Positions 17,936-26,732 of a stretch of DNA of 37,934 bases are shown here, one piece after another. The stretch spans positions 1 through 37,934 of the forward strand of contig JAICXG010000001.1 of NCBI GenBank assembly GCA_025980625.1, in the 5' to 3' direction. This DNA comes from Chthoniobacterales bacterium (lineage in GTDB: Bacteria; Verrucomicrobiota; Verrucomicrobiia; Chthoniobacterales; UBA10450). The stretch's first letter is position 1. Each line of letters starts with the position of its first letter. The position numbers and the translations under genes were made by a program. The notes under the pieces were generated by a model. That model did no database searches and had not been told where the DNA came from. It saw nothing but the letters and a program-made list of their open reading frames with translations.

Positions 17936-18007
17936 CGGAAAAGCCTGCGACCGTTGGCGGATGTCGCGGCGCGTTGACGGCCGTTGCGGAGTCGCTAGCC
18001 TGCGCCC

Positions 18008-18538
18008 ATGATCGCTGACACCATTGAGCGCCTGCGCGCCGGCGTGCGTGATGTGCCGAATTTTCCAAAACACGGCATCATCTTTAAAGACATCACACCC
18101 ATCTTGGTCGACGCCCAGCTCTTTCGCGACTCAATCGACATTTTTCTCGCGCGCTGCCGCGGCCTGCCGATCGATAAAATCGTTGGGATCGATGCGCGCG
18201 GATTTCTTTTCGGGGCGGCCGTAGCTTATGCGCTCGGCGTCGGCTTCGTCCCGATCAGGAAAAAAGGAAAGTTGCCGTTCAAAACCGAAAGCGCCTCTTA
18301 CTCACTGGAATATGGCGATGCCGCAATGGAGATGCACGTCGACAGCATTGCGCCCGGAGAAAAAATCGTGCTGATCGACGACCTGCTCGCGACCGGCGGC
18401 ACCTCATCGGCGGCGGCGGCGCTGATCAACAAAGTCGGCGGCGACCTGCTCGAAGCGCAGTTCTTGATCGAGCTGGAATTTCTTCACGGCCGGGAAAAGC
18501 TCGCGCCCACTCCGGTGGTTAGCTTCCTGAAATGGTAG
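18008..18538 (+). CDS. apt: Adenine phosphoribosyltransferase
   Basis: VPNFPKHGIIFKDITPIL, IVGIDARGFLFG, and PRPP loop VLIDDLLATGGT; 176 aa. Confidence 0.92.
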   Translation: MIADTIERLRAGVRDVPNFPKHGIIFKDITPILVDAQLFRDSIDIFLARCRGLPIDKIVGIDARGFLFGAAVAYALGVGFVPIRKKGKLPFKTESASYSLEYGDAAMEMHVDSIAPGEKIVLIDDLLATGGTSSAAAALINKVGGDLLEAQFLIELEFLHGREKLAPTPVVSFLKW

Positions 18539-18591
18539 CGTGAGCATGCCTCTTTGCGCCGTAACAGTTAGGCATTTCGAACGCAAAGGTG

Positions 18592-18831
18592 TTATGGCTG
18601 ATAGCGAATAATCAGCTGCGGCTCATTGCCGGCGCTGTTACCGGAATACCACCCTTCATAGCGGTTAGAGATAGTCGTCTCCTGGAACAAGGTTCGCATC
18701 TGAGTGTAATCAGTGTTGCTCAGAGCGTCCTTAACTGGAATGAGATCGGTTTCAAACCAGTTTTCCGCTCCCATGTTAGTGACTTTGAATGCATTCGGGG
18801 TCATGCTCGAATCCGAATAATTGTAGTCCAT
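18592..18831 (-). CDS. Small hypothetical protein (79 aa) coupled to the upstream secreted protein gene
   Basis: ATG 18831 lies 1 nt after the TAA stop (18833-18835) of the upstream gene. There is no signal peptide. It sits in a low-GC segment. Coding status rests on ORF length and tight coupling only. Confidence 0.4.
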   Translation of the reverse strand: MDYNYSDSSMTPNAFKVTNMGAENWFETDLIPVKDALSNTDYTQMRTLFQETTISNRYEGWYSGNSAGNEPQLIIRYQP

Positions 18832-18832
18832 G

Positions 18833-20020
18833 TTACTGCACCTCAAATGCCGGGGTTCCAGCGCTGAATTGGATCCACTGGCCTCCAAGATTGAGTGCAA
18901 ATTGCGCCCCATTAGACGCAAACCAGGAAGCGTCAAGTCCGGATTGCTCTGCGGTCGTCGTGGCAGTGACCCAGTACTTGACGTTTTTCGTTAAAGAGGG
19001 CGCATTATGAAGTTTGGCCACAGCCAAATTGCACGGCTCGATCTGGGCGGTGGCCTCTCCAGAAACCAATAGAGTTCCGGGACCTTCTCCGCAGTTATCC
19101 GTGTAGATGCTCAATGTCACCTTGTTCTGCGGACAAACCGTTGCGAAGTTTAGGATGATTGGCGCGAAGATGCGCTGGGGAATGCCGGTTCGGGTAGCAA
19201 CAAATGGCACCGCCTCCCAGTGAGTCTGTCCTGGCAGGGTGCAGTTGTCCGGCCCGCGTACGTCAAAACCGCTGGCATTTGGATCGTAATTACATCCAGT
19301 GCATGGATCGACAAACATATTGCTACCAAATGACCTCGTGGCCGCCGATATCGTTTCTCTTGTCTCGGTGCTGGCTCTCCCCTGCATCATAAAACTTGGC
19401 GTGCCGGCTGCGGATTGAATCCAGCCGTCACCCAAATTGTAGGCGAGTTGAGCATTATTCGATGCATACCAGCGGGAGTCTAACGCGCTTTGTTGGCTGG
19501 TCGTCGTGGCCGTGATCCAGTATTTCGTGCCCTGGACAAGTGATGGGGCATTGCGAATTTTGGCGACAGTCAAATCGCACGAGCTTGCTGGCACGGTTGC
19601 TTCTCCCGAAACAAGCAAAGTCCTAGGTCCTTTCGGGTAGCACGCATCGGTGTAGATGCTGAGCGTGACTTTGTTCTGCGGACAGTTGGTCGGGTTCTCC
19701 AGGATGAGTGAGGTCGTAATGCGATCGGGCACACCGCTGGCCGCCGCGATGAATGGCACTGCTTCCCACTGCGTTGTGCCAGGTTCCGTGCAGTTATCCG
19801 GCCCTACCACCGCATAACCGCTCGGGTCAGGATCATATTTACAAGTGCTACAGGGGTCGACGGCGAAGTTGCCGCCAAAGGTGATCCGCGAGGCATCCGG
19901 TGTTGTCTCGCTTCGGCTGCGCTCTTCCTCCAGTGGTTGCGCCATAAGCGTTCCACACGCCGCTATCGCAACAATTGTCAGACTGATTTTCACAAATTTG
20001 CCTTCGCCCGTGAAATTCAT
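18833..20020 (-). CDS. Secreted protein with two tandem ~168-aa six-cysteine domains (unknown family)
   Basis: Start at ATG 20020, preceded by GGGGA, followed by a signal-like KISLTIVAIAACGTLMA. Two internal repeats (about 19379-19885 and 18836-19336) share long identical blocks (QNKVTLSIYTD, LLVSGEAT, EAVPF, NAPSL, KYW.TATTT). The segment has lower GC. Confidence 0.6.
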   Translation of the reverse strand: MNFTGEGKFVKISLTIVAIAACGTLMAQPLEEERSRSETTPDASRITFGGNFAVDPCSTCKYDPDPSGYAVVGPDNCTEPGTTQWEAVPFIAAASGVPDRITTSLILENPTNCPQNKVTLSIYTDACYPKGPRTLLVSGEATVPASSCDLTVAKIRNAPSLVQGTKYWITATTTSQQSALDSRWYASNNAQLAYNLGDGWIQSAAGTPSFMMQGRASTETRETISAATRSFGSNMFVDPCTGCNYDPNASGFDVRGPDNCTLPGQTHWEAVPFVATRTGIPQRIFAPIILNFATVCPQNKVTLSIYTDNCGEGPGTLLVSGEATAQIEPCNLAVAKLHNAPSLTKNVKYWVTATTTAEQSGLDASWFASNGAQFALNLGGQWIQFSAGTPAFEVQ

Positions 20021-20223
20021 TTCCCCATTTCCGATGCGATCTGTCAATTCGCCGCGTCCTCGCGACAGCGTCGATCCCCCCAGCCGAGCCATGGCAAAGG
20101 GCAGGAGAGCCGCCCAATCAGCGTGAGACACGTTGCTTTGAGCGAAGGGCCGAAATCCTGAGCCAGGGTGGCGGGAGCATTCATCCTTTGCGCTCTTCCC
20201 AGCGCCGCAAGCTGAAGCTTCCG

Positions 20224-20625
20224 CTAGCCTGCGCCGCAGGCGCAGCCGCTCCCGCAATTTCCGCTCCGATCCGGCACAATGACTTCGACGCGGATCTCCT
20301 GAAGCGCAAGCTGATCGTGAATTGCGCCGAGTAAATCGAGCGCGCGCCCATGCGGCATCTCGGCGCAGCGCAGCTCGATCCGCATTTTTTTCCCCGCTAG
20401 CTCCGGGTGGGCTTCGGTCAGCTCGCCATCGAGCAGGAAAGAGACATAGGCGTTGAATTTTTCCTGCAATTGAAAGAGCTGAAGCTCCGATCCGTCCCAC
20501 GGCCGCGGCTCAAACATGCCGAGCACCACTTCATCAGTCTTCGCGTCGTGCGCGAACAGATCGATCACGCCGGCCTGTTCGATTCCGGCCGGGGTCGCAC
20601 CCGGAGCATGCGCTTCTCCATCCAT
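20224..20625 (-). CDS. Hypothetical small cytoplasmic protein with Cys/Gly-rich C-terminal tail
   Basis: 133-aa ORF with high-GC codon pattern, ending in NCGSGCACGAG. I see no recognisable catalytic motif. The overall pattern loosely recalls small immunity-type alpha/beta proteins; this is unverified. Confidence 0.45.
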   Translation of the reverse strand: MDGEAHAPGATPAGIEQAGVIDLFAHDAKTDEVVLGMFEPRPWDGSELQLFQLQEKFNAYVSFLLDGELTEAHPELAGKKMRIELRCAEMPHGRALDLLGAIHDQLALQEIRVEVIVPDRSGNCGSGCACGAG

Positions 20626-20686
20626 CGGGTGGCGAGCTTACGGAAAGTTTGTCGGCTGCGCAATCGGCCGCTAAACTGATGCTGCC

Positions 20687-21547
20687 ATGGAGAAGAGACT
20701 TCTCGTGTTTCTGACCTTCGTGCTCGTTAGGGCAGCGTCCGCTCAGTTCACGCCCGCTCTGATCCAAAACGCGAGCTATTGGAACGACGGCAAAGCCGAG
20801 TTCAACATCTACGACGCCCGCATCATGCGCTATGGCCAGCCGCGCCAGACCGAGGTTCTCCATATTCTCGTGCGCGAACCTTTTGATCTGAAACAATACG
20901 TCAAGCCCGATAACTGGCAGCGGCCCGGAGTCATCCAGGTGCTAAAGCTCAATCAAGTCCTGCACATCCCGACCGGGCTTTACGTTTACCAGCAGATGCA
21001 CTCGAACTTCTGGCGGGCCGATAATGGCCGGCTCGCGAAATTTTCCCTAACGAGCAACGACAGTTGCGGCAACACCTACAAAGAAGCGCGGCGCTACGGC
21101 AATACTTTTGCCTACCAATGGCACACCTACTGGGATGGAATGGGCGAAGGGCGATCGAAGGTCAGAATTCCGCCTGACGGATTTTTCTATGACGAGCTTC
21201 CGCTCCGGGTGCGAACAATCGATTTTCAATCTCAACCCTCCGGCGATTTCCAGATCGAATTGGCGCCTACCGTGATCAGCTCGAAAAAGGAGAAAGTCGT
21301 GTGGCAACCGGCGCAGGTGCACTATGAGTCAACCGACCGCGCGATCTATGTCACGATCCAGCACCCCGCCGGCACGGATCGCTTCATGCTCGGCCGCGAC
21401 TTTCCGTTTCTGCTATGGAAATGGGACATGGCCGACGGGAGCCACCTGGCACTGAAACGAAGCCTCAAAATCGATTACTGGAATTACCACGGCCTCGGCG
21501 ATCGCAAGCGCGCGCTGCTCAGCCGGAGCGTGGAGCACCCGGATTGA
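20687..21547 (+). CDS. Hypothetical secreted protein
   Basis: N-terminal signal peptide MEKRLLVFLTFVLVRAASAQ; 286 aa; no family recognised. Confidence 0.55.
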   Translation: MEKRLLVFLTFVLVRAASAQFTPALIQNASYWNDGKAEFNIYDARIMRYGQPRQTEVLHILVREPFDLKQYVKPDNWQRPGVIQVLKLNQVLHIPTGLYVYQQMHSNFWRADNGRLAKFSLTSNDSCGNTYKEARRYGNTFAYQWHTYWDGMGEGRSKVRIPPDGFFYDELPLRVRTIDFQSQPSGDFQIELAPTVISSKKEKVVWQPAQVHYESTDRAIYVTIQHPAGTDRFMLGRDFPFLLWKWDMADGSHLALKRSLKIDYWNYHGLGDRKRALLSRSVEHPD

Positions 21548-21576
21548 TCGGGCGGCGAAGCGGTTTAGGTAATCCG

Positions 21577-22008
21577 ATGGCGAAAGCTCGAAAACCCAAG
21601 GGCCTCACGCTGCTCGGCCGGAGCGAAACGACGCTCCCGACGAAGCCGACGGTGGACACATTGGAGACCTTTCAAAATCCTTCTCGCCACCGCTATTGTA
21701 TTCGGTTTGAGTCGGCCGATTTCACTTCGCTTTGCCCGATTACGGGCCAGGCGGATTTCGCCCGGATCACGATCGAATATCAGCCGGCAAAACGCTGCAT
21801 CGAAAGCAAATCGCTGAAGTTTTATCTTGCCTCGTATCGCAACGAACGCGCCTTTAACGAAGAAGTCACAAATCGGATCCTTCACGATCTCGTTAGGGCA
21901 TGCGTGCCGCGGAACATGACGGTGCAGGCCGAGTTTGCCGCTCGCGGCGGAATCAGCCTAACGATTACCGCAACTTACCCGCACGCACCGGGCCGTCCCG
22001 CGCGATGA
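21577..22008 (+). CDS. queF: NADPH-dependent 7-cyano-7-deazaguanine (preQ0) reductase
   Basis: Short type-I QueF: [14 protein letters not shown] (catalytic Cys), [15 protein letters not shown]. Start at ATG 21577 gives 143 aa. Confidence 0.9.
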   Translation: MAKARKPKGLTLLGRSETTLPTKPTVDTLETFQNPSRHRYCIRFESADFTSLCPITGQADFARITIEYQPAKRCIESKSLKFYLASYRNERAFNEEVTNRILHDLVRACVPRNMTVQAEFAARGGISLTITATYPHAPGRPAR

Positions 22009-22688
22009 AGCGCACCGTCGTTCTCCTCAGCGGCGGGCTCGATTCCGCCACCGTTCTCGCGATCGCCCGGGCGAAAAACTTCGAAACCTACGCGCTCTCC
22101 TTCCGCTATGGCCAACGGCACGAACGCGAGATCGCAGCGGCGGAGAAGGTCGCTCGGTCGTTAGGCTCGACCGAGCATCGCATTGCCGGGATTGATCTTC
22201 GCCTCTTTGGCGGATCGGCCTTGACCGGTGATCTCGAGGTGCCGACCGGCCGCTCGGAAAGCGAAATGGCCGGCGAGATTCCAATCACCTATGTCCCGGC
22301 GCGGAACACGATCTTTCTCTCCTACGCTCTGGCGTGGGCGGAAATTCTCCGGGCGCAGGACATCTTCATCGGCGCAAACGCGATCGATTACAGCGGGTAT
22401 CCGGATTGCCGGCCGGAATTCATTCGCGCCTTCGAGCAGCTCGCCAACCTCGCCACCCGAGCCGGAGTTGAAGGAAAGCACTTCAGGATTCACGCCCCGC
22501 TGATTGCGCTGAGCAAAGCAGAAATCATCCAGCGCGGAATGTCGTTAGGCGTGGACTACGCACTCACCCACAGTTGTTATGATCCGACCGCGGAAGGTCT
22601 GGCCTGCGGTCTGTGCGATTCCTGCCAATTGCGCTTGAAAGGTTTTCGCGAAGCTGGACTCACCGATCCGATTGCCTACGCGCGATGA
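22005..22688 (+). CDS. queC: 7-cyano-7-deazaguanine synthase
   Basis: [14 protein letters not shown]-loop, [28 protein letters not shown], and a C-terminal zinc Cys cluster CGLCDSC. ATGA overlap with the queF stop. Confidence 0.92.
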   Translation: MKRTVVLLSGGLDSATVLAIARAKNFETYALSFRYGQRHEREIAAAEKVARSLGSTEHRIAGIDLRLFGGSALTGDLEVPTGRSESEMAGEIPITYVPARNTIFLSYALAWAEILRAQDIFIGANAIDYSGYPDCRPEFIRAFEQLANLATRAGVEGKHFRIHAPLIALSKAEIIQRGMSLGVDYALTHSCYDPTAEGLACGLCDSCQLRLKGFREAGLTDPIAYAR

Positions 22689-22900
22689 GTTGGCGATCAA
22701 AACTCGACATGCTCGTCCTGACGCGCGAAGAGCAGCGCACGATCGCCTTTGTCGTTCTCGCGCTCGTGCTCGGATTAGCGACGAAGCATTACCGGCACGT
22801 GCATGCGAAAGCCGCGACCCCTAACGAACAATCGACCCTCGCCGCAACCGCTTTTCCTGCGCCTTCGCCCTCGCCGCAAAAACTGCGTCGCGCCCCCTAA
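22685..22900 (+). CDS. Small single-pass membrane protein (hypothetical)
   Basis: ATGA overlap with the queC stop. [36 protein letters not shown] contains one TM helix. 71 aa. Weak evidence. Confidence 0.35.
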   Translation: MSWRSKLDMLVLTREEQRTIAFVVLALVLGLATKHYRHVHAKAATPNEQSTLAATAFPAPSPSPQKLRRAP

Positions 22901-22961
22901 GATTGTCATCCCGAGCCGGCGAAGCGCGTCACGGAATCTCATTCTTGCAATCCGCGCTCAC

Positions 22962-22969
22962 TCGTTAGG
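22962..22969 (-). repeat. Intergenic copy of the abundant 8-mer (TCGTTAGG on + strand)
   Basis: Exact match in the convergent spacer 22901-22977. Confidence 0.9.
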
Positions 22970-22977
22970 CGAGAATC

Positions 22978-23850
22978 TCAGCGCTCCTTCTCCCCCAGGC
23001 CGGGGATTTTCGCATAACCGACAAATCGGGGCTGCCGCTCGGAAGTATCCGCCGCTTTGGCGCGCGCGGTTTTGAAATCGAAAACGCTCACCCCAAACTG
23101 CTGCTTCCCTTCATAGGTGCGCCCGTCGCTCGCCCCGACCATGATCGGTTTCCCGGTTACCTTCGCTTTTCCCAAATAAATCATCGTATGTGTCACCGGC
23201 GGGTCGTGTTCCACATCATAGGTCCCGATCCAGAACAAGAGATCGCCCGGCTTGAGCTCGTCGAGTTCAAAGGAATCGATGTTGTGGCTCAAGACCGCGC
23301 GGAAATTACCCGCTTTGCGCACCCAGACGTATTGCTCGCTCGCGCTCCGCGGCACGTCTTTGGCTCCGTTCTCGCGCAGCACGTAATAGATGAACCCGGA
23401 GCAATCCATCCCACCATTCGCAGGGTCGGCCGAGCCGTAGGTGTAATCCAAATCGCGCTTCGTCAGCTCGAGCGCGTCCGCGAGTAGCTTGCGCACCGGC
23501 TCCGGATTTTCCTCGAACTTTTCGATCTCGTTAGGCGAAAGGCTCGCGACCTTCGTTTCCGGCCTGGGGCTCGGCGACGCAGTTTTTTCCGGTGAAGGGC
23601 TGGGACTCGGGCTCGGACTGGGCGACGGCGTGGGTGACGCTTTGTGTTTTGATTTCGCCTTTTTCTTCGCTGAAGGACTTGGCGTAGGAGTCGCCTTGCG
23701 GTGGTGACGATGCGCCGGTGTCGGTGTGGGCGTGGCGAAAAAATTCCTGATCTTTTTGCCTAACGACTCGTCAGCCTGGAGTCGCGGCGGCAGGAAGGTG
23801 AGCGCGATCAGGCCAGTCATCACCCAGCTTATTAGGCGAAAACACGCCAT
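22978..23850 (-). CDS. NlpC/P60 (C40) family peptidoglycan hydrolase with Pro/Ser/Thr-rich linker
   Basis: Signal peptide, then a long PTPS/PSPSPS linker, then a C40 catalytic region (GGMDCSGFIYYVLRENG with the Cys nucleophile, and THTMIYLG with the His). Confidence 0.8.
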   Translation of the reverse strand: MACFRLISWVMTGLIALTFLPPRLQADESLGKKIRNFFATPTPTPAHRHHRKATPTPSPSAKKKAKSKHKASPTPSPSPSPSPSPSPEKTASPSPRPETKVASLSPNEIEKFEENPEPVRKLLADALELTKRDLDYTYGSADPANGGMDCSGFIYYVLRENGAKDVPRSASEQYVWVRKAGNFRAVLSHNIDSFELDELKPGDLLFWIGTYDVEHDPPVTHTMIYLGKAKVTGKPIMVGASDGRTYEGKQQFGVSVFDFKTARAKAADTSERQPRFVGYAKIPGLGEKER

Positions 23851-23870
23851 CTGGGTCTCGAGTTAACCAG

Positions 23871-25247
23871 CTAGCTCCTGGCCCGGCCGATTTCCTGGAG
23901 GATCGCCTGATTCATCTTGATCCCGTTCTGCAGGTTTTCGAGCGGGAAGTTCTCGTTAGGCGAATGCGCCCGGCAGTCGTGCAGCGCCAGCCCGAGCAGC
24001 AACGTCTCGACTCCGAGAATATCGCGGAACTGCGAGACAATCGGAATGCTCCCGCCCTCGCGGATCAGCGCCACCTCGGTGCCGAACGCCTCTTTCAGCG
24101 CGTGCTGGGCCGCCTCGCCAAAAGCCGAATGTGGATCGGTCAGATACCAGGGTCCGCTATGGCCGTCAGTGATTTCCATCGTCACCCCCGGCGGAAGATG
24201 TTTCTCAAAATGTTTGTGCGCGAGCTTCAGAACCTTGTCGCCCTCCTGATTCGGCACGAGCCGGAAGGTGAGCTTCGCCATCGCATGACTCGCGATCACC
24301 GTTTTCGTTCCCTGTCCTTGATAACCGCCGCCGATGCCATTCAGCTCCGCCGTCGGCCGCGCCCAAAGCCGCTCGAAAGTGCTGTAGCCTTTTTCGCCAA
24401 AGAGCGCCGGGGCTTTGGTCTCATCGAGAATCAGCTTGTCGGCGTCGACCGGTAATTTTTTCCAGGCGTCGCGTTCCCAATCCTCCAGCGGTTTGACGTC
24501 GTCGTAAAAACCTTCGATCGCGATGTGCCCGTTCGCGTCGTGCAAAGTGGCGAGCAAGCGCGCCAGGGCGGTGATCGGGTTGGCAACCGCGCCGCCAAAA
24601 ACGCCGGAGTGCAGATCCATTTTCGCAGCAGTCACTTTTACTTCGCACGCGGTCACCCCGCGCAATCCGTAACTCAAAGTCGGCACCCCGCGGGCGATCA
24701 TTCCCGTGTCCGAGACGACTACGATATCGCAGCCTAACGAGTCGCGGTGCTTCTTCAGAAATCCCGGCAAACTGCCGCTCCCGATTTCCTCTTCGCCTTC
24801 GATGATCAGGTGCAGGTTGACCGGCAAATCGCCTTTCTCTGCGATCGTTTCCTGGATGCCGAGAATATGCGAAAGAATCTGGCCCTTGTTGTCGGTCGAG
24901 CCGCGCGCGTAAACGTAGCCGTTTCTTAAGACTGGATCGAACGGCGGCGAATCCCAGAGCTCGAGCGGATCGGGCGGCTGCACATCGTAATGCCCGTAAA
25001 TCATGACCGTTTTCCGCCCCGGCTGATGTTTGTTTTTTGCCCAAACAATCGGATGGCCCGGCGTCGAAACGAGCTGCGCCTGGAGCCCGATGCGATTCAA
25101 TTTTTCGACGAGCCAGTGCGCGCATTCGACGAGCTTTTCCTTGTAAGTGTCGTCGGTCGAAATGCTCGCAAAACGGAGGAAGGTAAAGAATTCGTCGAGA
25201 TAAGAATCGCGCATGTGAGAGAGTAGAGCAGCTTGGCCCGACGACAA
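23871..25247 (-). CDS. M20-family dipeptidase / metallo-hydrolase
   Basis: M20 motifs: MIYGHYDVQP, RGSTDNKGQ, IIEGEEEIGS, and a dimerisation-domain insert. The start is uncertain: the top of the ORF at 25247 is a TTG. Confidence 0.8.
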   Translation of the reverse strand: MSSGQAALLSHMRDSYLDEFFTFLRFASISTDDTYKEKLVECAHWLVEKLNRIGLQAQLVSTPGHPIVWAKNKHQPGRKTVMIYGHYDVQPPDPLELWDSPPFDPVLRNGYVYARGSTDNKGQILSHILGIQETIAEKGDLPVNLHLIIEGEEEIGSGSLPGFLKKHRDSLGCDIVVVSDTGMIARGVPTLSYGLRGVTACEVKVTAAKMDLHSGVFGGAVANPITALARLLATLHDANGHIAIEGFYDDVKPLEDWERDAWKKLPVDADKLILDETKAPALFGEKGYSTFERLWARPTAELNGIGGGYQGQGTKTVIASHAMAKLTFRLVPNQEGDKVLKLAHKHFEKHLPPGVTMEITDGHSGPWYLTDPHSAFGEAAQHALKEAFGTEVALIREGGSIPIVSQFRDILGVETLLLGLALHDCRAHSPNENFPLENLQNGIKMNQAILQEIGRARS

Positions 25248-25291
25248 CTAACGACTTGCCGCCGTCGCTTGCGTCGCGCAGCCTCCGGCGC

Positions 25292-26620
25292 ATGAACAAG
25301 CCGGAAACGGCCGCAGGAGAAAGCCAATTGATCCGCGCGCTGGGCGTTCCCGGCCTCACCGCCAACATCGTGAACGCAACGGTGGGCGCGGGAATTTTTG
25401 CCTGGCCGGCCACGATCGCAGCGCAGCTCGGCGCGGCTTCGTGGGTCGCTTACGTGATTTGCGGTTTGGCGATGTGCCTTTTCGTGACTTCTTTCGCACT
25501 CGCCGGCAGCCGCGTTTCCCTGACGGGCGGGCTCTACGCCTACGTTGAAGTGGCGTTCGGCCGGTATATCGGGTTCCTCGCCGGCGTTCTCTATTTTCTC
25601 ACCGCCATCCTCGCGATCTCCGGAATCGTCGAGCTGATCGCCAGTTCGGTCGGCTCATTCGTCCCTATCCTCAGCGGTTCGTTAGGCAAACCCGTCGTGA
25701 TTCTCCTCGTCCTCGCTTTTCTCGTCGCGATCAACATTCGCGGCGTGCGCACAGGCGCGCGCGCGGTCGAAGCCCTAACGATCGTAAAATTGGCGCCTCT
25801 GCTCATATTTGTCTTCGCGGGATTGTTTTTTCTCCATCCCCACGCGCTGGCCTGGCCGGGATGGCCGCACGGTGACGTTCTCGGCCGCAGTGTTCTCCAA
25901 CTCCTCTTTGCCTTTGTCGGTATCGAGGTCGCGCTCGTTCCGAGTGGCGAGATCAAGAATCCTTCCCGCACCGTGCCGCGCTCGATCTTCACCGCACTCG
26001 GCATCACCACCCTGCTCTATATTATGATCCAGTTGGTTGCGCTCGGTGTGATGGGCAATGAACTCGGTCGCTACGGCGATACCGCACTGGCCGAAGCCGC
26101 CGCGCGATTTCTCGGGAATGCCGGACGCCTCCTCATGCTCATCGGCCTAGCTGTTTCCGCCTTCGGTTGGGTTGCAAGCGACATCTTGAGTTCACCGCGA
26201 ATCGTTTATGCTTTTGGGCGCGACCGGTTCCTCCCGAGTTTTTTTGGCCGAATCCATCCGCGGTTTCACACTCCGCACGTCGCGATTGTGACCTACGCGA
26301 CCCTCGCCTTCTTTCTTTCGTTCAGCTCGACCTTCCAAAAACTGGCCGTGCTCTCGAATACTGCCGTGCTTCTTCTCTACATTCTTTGTTTTCTCGCCGC
26401 GCTGGAGTTAAAACGGCGCGACGTCCGCGGCGAAGGCGTACCGTTTGGATTTCCCGGAGCCAACTTCATTCCGGTGATTGCAATTGCCGTTGTCATTTGG
26501 ATTCTCTCGCACGCGACTCTTGGGGAACTGGAGATCACCGGGAGTTGCCTCGTGGTTGCTTCCCTCCTTTTTGTGGCGCGGGAAAGTTTGCTGAAGCGGC
26601 GTGGGCGGGTCGCGACCTGA
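25292..26620 (+). CDS. APC-family amino acid permease
   Basis: About 12 predicted TM segments, with the N-terminal APC signature ANIVNATVGAGIF and FAFVGIEVALVPSGEIKNP. Start at ATG 25292; an alternative upstream start is at 25256. Confidence 0.8.
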   Translation: MNKPETAAGESQLIRALGVPGLTANIVNATVGAGIFAWPATIAAQLGAASWVAYVICGLAMCLFVTSFALAGSRVSLTGGLYAYVEVAFGRYIGFLAGVLYFLTAILAISGIVELIASSVGSFVPILSGSLGKPVVILLVLAFLVAINIRGVRTGARAVEALTIVKLAPLLIFVFAGLFFLHPHALAWPGWPHGDVLGRSVLQLLFAFVGIEVALVPSGEIKNPSRTVPRSIFTALGITTLLYIMIQLVALGVMGNELGRYGDTALAEAAARFLGNAGRLLMLIGLAVSAFGWVASDILSSPRIVYAFGRDRFLPSFFGRIHPRFHTPHVAIVTYATLAFFLSFSSTFQKLAVLSNTAVLLLYILCFLAALELKRRDVRGEGVPFGFPGANFIPVIAIAVVIWILSHATLGELEITGSCLVVASLLFVARESLLKRRGRVAT

Positions 26621-26732
26621 CAGCCCTCCACCATATCTTGTGCCGGGGCTCTTCGGCCAGCCCTGCAAATAGCGTTTATTTTTCTTGTCACCAGCCTGCG
26701 CGGGTAGTATGCACCAGCTAGCTTTCGCGCCC

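Noticed and set aside
18592-20020. Calling the low-GC islet a mobile element or prophage remnant.
   Set aside because: No integrase or transposase, no flanking direct or inverted repeats and no adjacent tRNA are visible. Only the compositional deviation is supported.
18833-20500. The full 555-aa ORF as the gene model for the tandem-domain protein.
   Set aside because: The first 160 codons are Arg/Ala-rich shadow-like sequence that overlaps the neighbouring gene region. An ATG at 20020 with an adjacent GGGGA and an immediately following signal peptide gives a much more plausible start.
22903-22945. The sequence GTCATCCCGAGCCGGCGAAGCGCGTCACGGAATCTC in the convergent spacer after the small membrane ORF. 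It resembles a short dispersed element I have seen in many environmental genomes.
   Set aside because: There is only one copy in this window and no clear hairpin symmetry. I cannot support a repeat-family assignment without a genome-wide search.
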